Shown here piece after piece: positions 30,307 to 32,000 of a DNA stretch of 32,000 bases. The number at the start of each line of letters is the position of its first letter. Position 1 is the stretch's first letter. Location: the NCBI GenBank assembly GCA_964360965.1, contig CAYHYM010000004.1, positions 30,001 to 62,000 of the forward strand. The letters run 5' to 3'. The stretch comes from an uncultured Gammaproteobacteria bacterium. GTDB taxonomy: Bacteria > Patescibacteriota > Microgenomatia > Daviesbacterales > UBA10151. The position numbers and the translations under genes were made by a program. The notes beneath the pieces are model-generated. The model was not told the origin of the DNA, did not search any database, and saw only the letters and a list, made by a program, of their open reading frames with translations.

Positions 30307-31208
30307 GCCTTAATTATGCCAATTTTGCTGACGTTTTGCCACATCTGATCCACAATTTGATCAATTGGTTGATTTTTTATCCGGGCAATTTCTTTAACCA
30401 CTTCTAAAACATAGGCAGGTTCGTTTCTCTGTCCCCGTTTTGATTGTGGCGGTAAAAAAGGAGAATCAGTTTCGATGGTAATTTTTTCCAAAGGTAGGAT
30501 CCTGGCGGCTTCTTGTAGATATTCATTTTGGGGATAGGTGATATTGCCGGCAAAGGAAACCAGGAAATTAGTTTGCAGTATGCGGTTGGTAGTTGGTAGT
30601 AAGCCACTATAACAGTGGTAAATACCAAAGTAGTCTTTTGTCATCTTCAAGACTTCATCCCAGGCCGAAGGAGACGAAGTCTCCGCAGGTGGTGAGCCAC
30701 TCGGCACTGAGCTCACGGCCGAAGTGCCTGTCGAACCGCTACTTTTTGATCTGTCATCCCGGCAGTGAACAATTAAAGGAAGGTTAAGTTTTTTTGCTAA
30801 ATCAATTTGAGCTTGGAAAAGCTGCCTTTGTAGGTTTTTAACAATAAACACCTCCGAGGTGGGCTTTGACTCCCCGGAGGTGGAGAAAGCATAATCCAGG
30901 CCGCACTCTCCAACAGCTACTACTTTATCTACATTATCTAAATATATTTTTTCTAAACTTTTTATATCTTTTTGGATAGATATGTCTAGGTTATCTTTAT
31001 ACTTAACTGCCTCATGAGGATGAATGCCAATCGAAGAATAAAATTTTAATTTGTTAGAATTTAACTCTGCTGCGATTTTGGAAGTTTCAACATCTACACC
31101 AATATTAATGATAATGCCTACATCAGCATCTAAGGAATGTCTAATCACTTCGTCAAAGTCTTGTTTAAAACTATCCCAATATAAATGTGCATGAGTATCA
31201 ATTAACAT
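30303..31208 (-). CDS. tatD: TatD-family metal-dependent hydrolase/DNase with two in-frame GC-rich inserts
   Basis: MLIDTHAHL, GECGLDY, IVHCRD, IYHCYSG and ETDSPFL blocks. The extra segments are SSGSTGTSAVSSVPSGSPPAETSSPS and TSGESKPTSEV. Confidence 0.88.
   Translation of the reverse strand: MLIDTHAHLYWDSFKQDFDEVIRHSLDADVGIIINIGVDVETSKIAAELNSNKLKFYSSIGIHPHEAVKYKDNLDISIQKDIKSLEKIYLDNVDKVVAVGECGLDYAFSTSGESKPTSEVFIVKNLQRQLFQAQIDLAKKLNLPLIVHCRDDRSKSSGSTGTSAVSSVPSGSPPAETSSPSAWDEVLKMTKDYFGIYHCYSGLLPTTNRILQTNFLVSFAGNITYPQNEYLQEAARILPLEKITIETDSPFLPPQSKRGQRNEPAYVLEVVKEIARIKNQPIDQIVDQMWQNVSKIGIIKA
30663..30740. repeat. 78-nt GC-rich composite element in frame in tatD
   Basis: GGAGAC-gaa-GTCTCC (30670-30684), GTGAGC...GCTCAC (30692-30716), direct GGCCGAAG at 30663 and 30717, and CTGTCGAACCGCT shared with 17264-17273. 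Confidence 0.75.
30849..30883. repeat. 34-nt GC-rich hairpin element inside tatD, twin of 1702..1735
   Basis: CACCTCCGAGGTGGGCTTTGACTCCCCGGAGGTG matches the reverse complement of the tsaD copy at 33 of 34 positions. Confidence 0.85.
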
Positions 31209-31894
31209 TATTTTTTAAATACTACCCACCAATAGTAACGGTCATATATTTTATCTCCAAAACGAGTTGGTCTATGAACTAAATCAGAGTACTGAACTTT
31301 AAAAAAAGGAAACTCTGTAGTTATCTCTTCTAAATTAAAAGTTCTCTCTTGGTGACCCATCTCAGGTATCACATAGGTATTTGGTTCGGGTCCAGGATGT
31401 TCTTGCAATAATTTTTGAGCCTCTTTATCATTGGTTCTGTCTAAAGTATAAATTACAAATAACCCGTCTTTTTTTAAAACTCTAGCAAGTTGTTCTTTGT
31501 AAGATTCTAATTGTTCTCTTGTTAAGAGGTGTGAGGTGACGAAATCTAATACATAATCCATTGACTCATCTGCAAAAGGCCATCGGTCGGCAATATCTAG
31601 AACTTGATAACGAGCAACTAAACCCAGACCTTCAGCTCTACTTTGGGCTTGTTGGATTGCCACTTTAGAAAAATCCACTCCTATTGCATCAAAACCTTTT
31701 TGGGATAACCAATTGCTGTTACGTCCCATACCGCATCCTACTTCCAGTAAATTGCCTCTTAAAGGGATCTGCCTTTCCTCTAAGTATCTAACAAAAGTGA
31801 TTGCTGAAATTGATGGTTCTTCAGAAGATAAGGCTCTAAAATGTGGGCTGCCTTGTGTATATTCAGTGTTCCAATACTCAGCGCTATTTTTCAT
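31208..31894 (-). CDS. Class I SAM-dependent methyltransferase
   Basis: LLEVGCGMGRNS (motif I) and GVDFS (motif II). Overlaps metG by ATGA and tatD by TAATG. Confidence 0.75.
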   Translation of the reverse strand: MKNSAEYWNTEYTQGSPHFRALSSEEPSISAITFVRYLEERQIPLRGNLLEVGCGMGRNSNWLSQKGFDAIGVDFSKVAIQQAQSRAEGLGLVARYQVLDIADRWPFADESMDYVLDFVTSHLLTREQLESYKEQLARVLKKDGLFVIYTLDRTNDKEAQKLLQEHPGPEPNTYVIPEMGHQERTFNLEEITTEFPFFKVQYSDLVHRPTRFGDKIYDRYYWWVVFKK

Positions 31895-32000
31895 ATCCTG
31901 GGAAAAAGTGGTGGAGCAGATTTAATACTACCTGAAAATTGCTTCAAAATCTTCTCACTAGTTTCTGGTAAAAATGGTTGGAGGTTGTAAGCAATATCTC
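31891..32000 (-). CDS. metG: Methionyl-tRNA synthetase, C-terminal 35 codons (gene runs off the right edge)
   Basis: Own translation: DIAYNLQPFLPETSEKILKQFSGSIKSAPPLFPRI*, which resembles the MetG anticodon-domain end (PF(L/M)PET..KI...LFPRI). metG-tatD synteny is common. Confidence 0.55.
   Translation of the reverse strand, partial: DIAYNLQPFLPETSEKILKQFSGSIKSAPPLFPRI

Noticed and set aside
1702-30883. CRISPR array formed by the GC-rich repeats
   Set aside because: The copies are dispersed over 29 kb, mostly inside genes, differ in length and sequence, and are not regularly spaced. No cas genes are present; the Cas4-like nuclease stands alone.
1-32000. Alternative genetic code (UGA recoded, as in some candidate phyla)
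   Set aside because: TGA terminates thpR, hicA, tsaD and the 20620 ORF at positions that match full-length homologue ends. No conserved protein needs read-through of an in-frame TGA.

Overview
AT-rich bacterial window using the standard genetic code (TGA acts as a stop at conserved C-termini). Genes are compact and often overlap by ATGA or TAATG. Small toxin-antitoxin (TA) modules, envelope glycosyltransferases and GC-rich repeats translated inside core genes suggest an uncultivated small-genome bacterium, possibly CPR/Patescibacteria-like; this lineage call is inference only. Housekeeping genes: valS (left edge, partial), tsaD, thpR, groES/groEL, tatD and metG (right edge, partial). Accessory content: a frameshifted AbrB-type/Doc TA pair, an RHH/PIN TA pair, two HicBA pairs (one with an internally deleted hicA), a Cas4-like PD-(D/E)XK nuclease, a beta-lactamase-fold hydrolase, and an envelope block (VanW, M23 peptidase, PEGA/SH3, GT2, GT4, UbiA-type prenyl-phosphate phosphoribosyltransferase). 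I saw no rRNA, tRNA, CRISPR array, transposase or integrase. Main candidates for novelty: (1) a divergent island at 7304-12125 with an RHH-fused, animal-GLS-like glutaminase (EF-hand-like + glutaminase + ankyrin), a duplicated free-standing ankyrin protein and a type I asparaginase, opposite a YbaK-like/Asp-Glu-racemase-like fusion that lacks both catalytic cysteines; (2) this island and a neighbouring cargo block are bounded by relic 3' ends of thpR and of the nuclease gene, which points to a recombination hot-spot; (3) GC-rich palindromic repeats inserted in frame into tsaD, tatD, the nuclease and probably groES/groEL, including a near-identical 34-nt hairpin in tsaD and tatD; (4) a SAM-I-like riboswitch with terminator ahead of an unknown 119-aa ORF; (5) an extra ORF between groES and groEL; (6) many promoters whose -10 box lies 6-10 nt from the start codon, implying leaderless mRNAs. 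All domain calls come from by-eye motif recognition and need HMM/BLAST confirmation.
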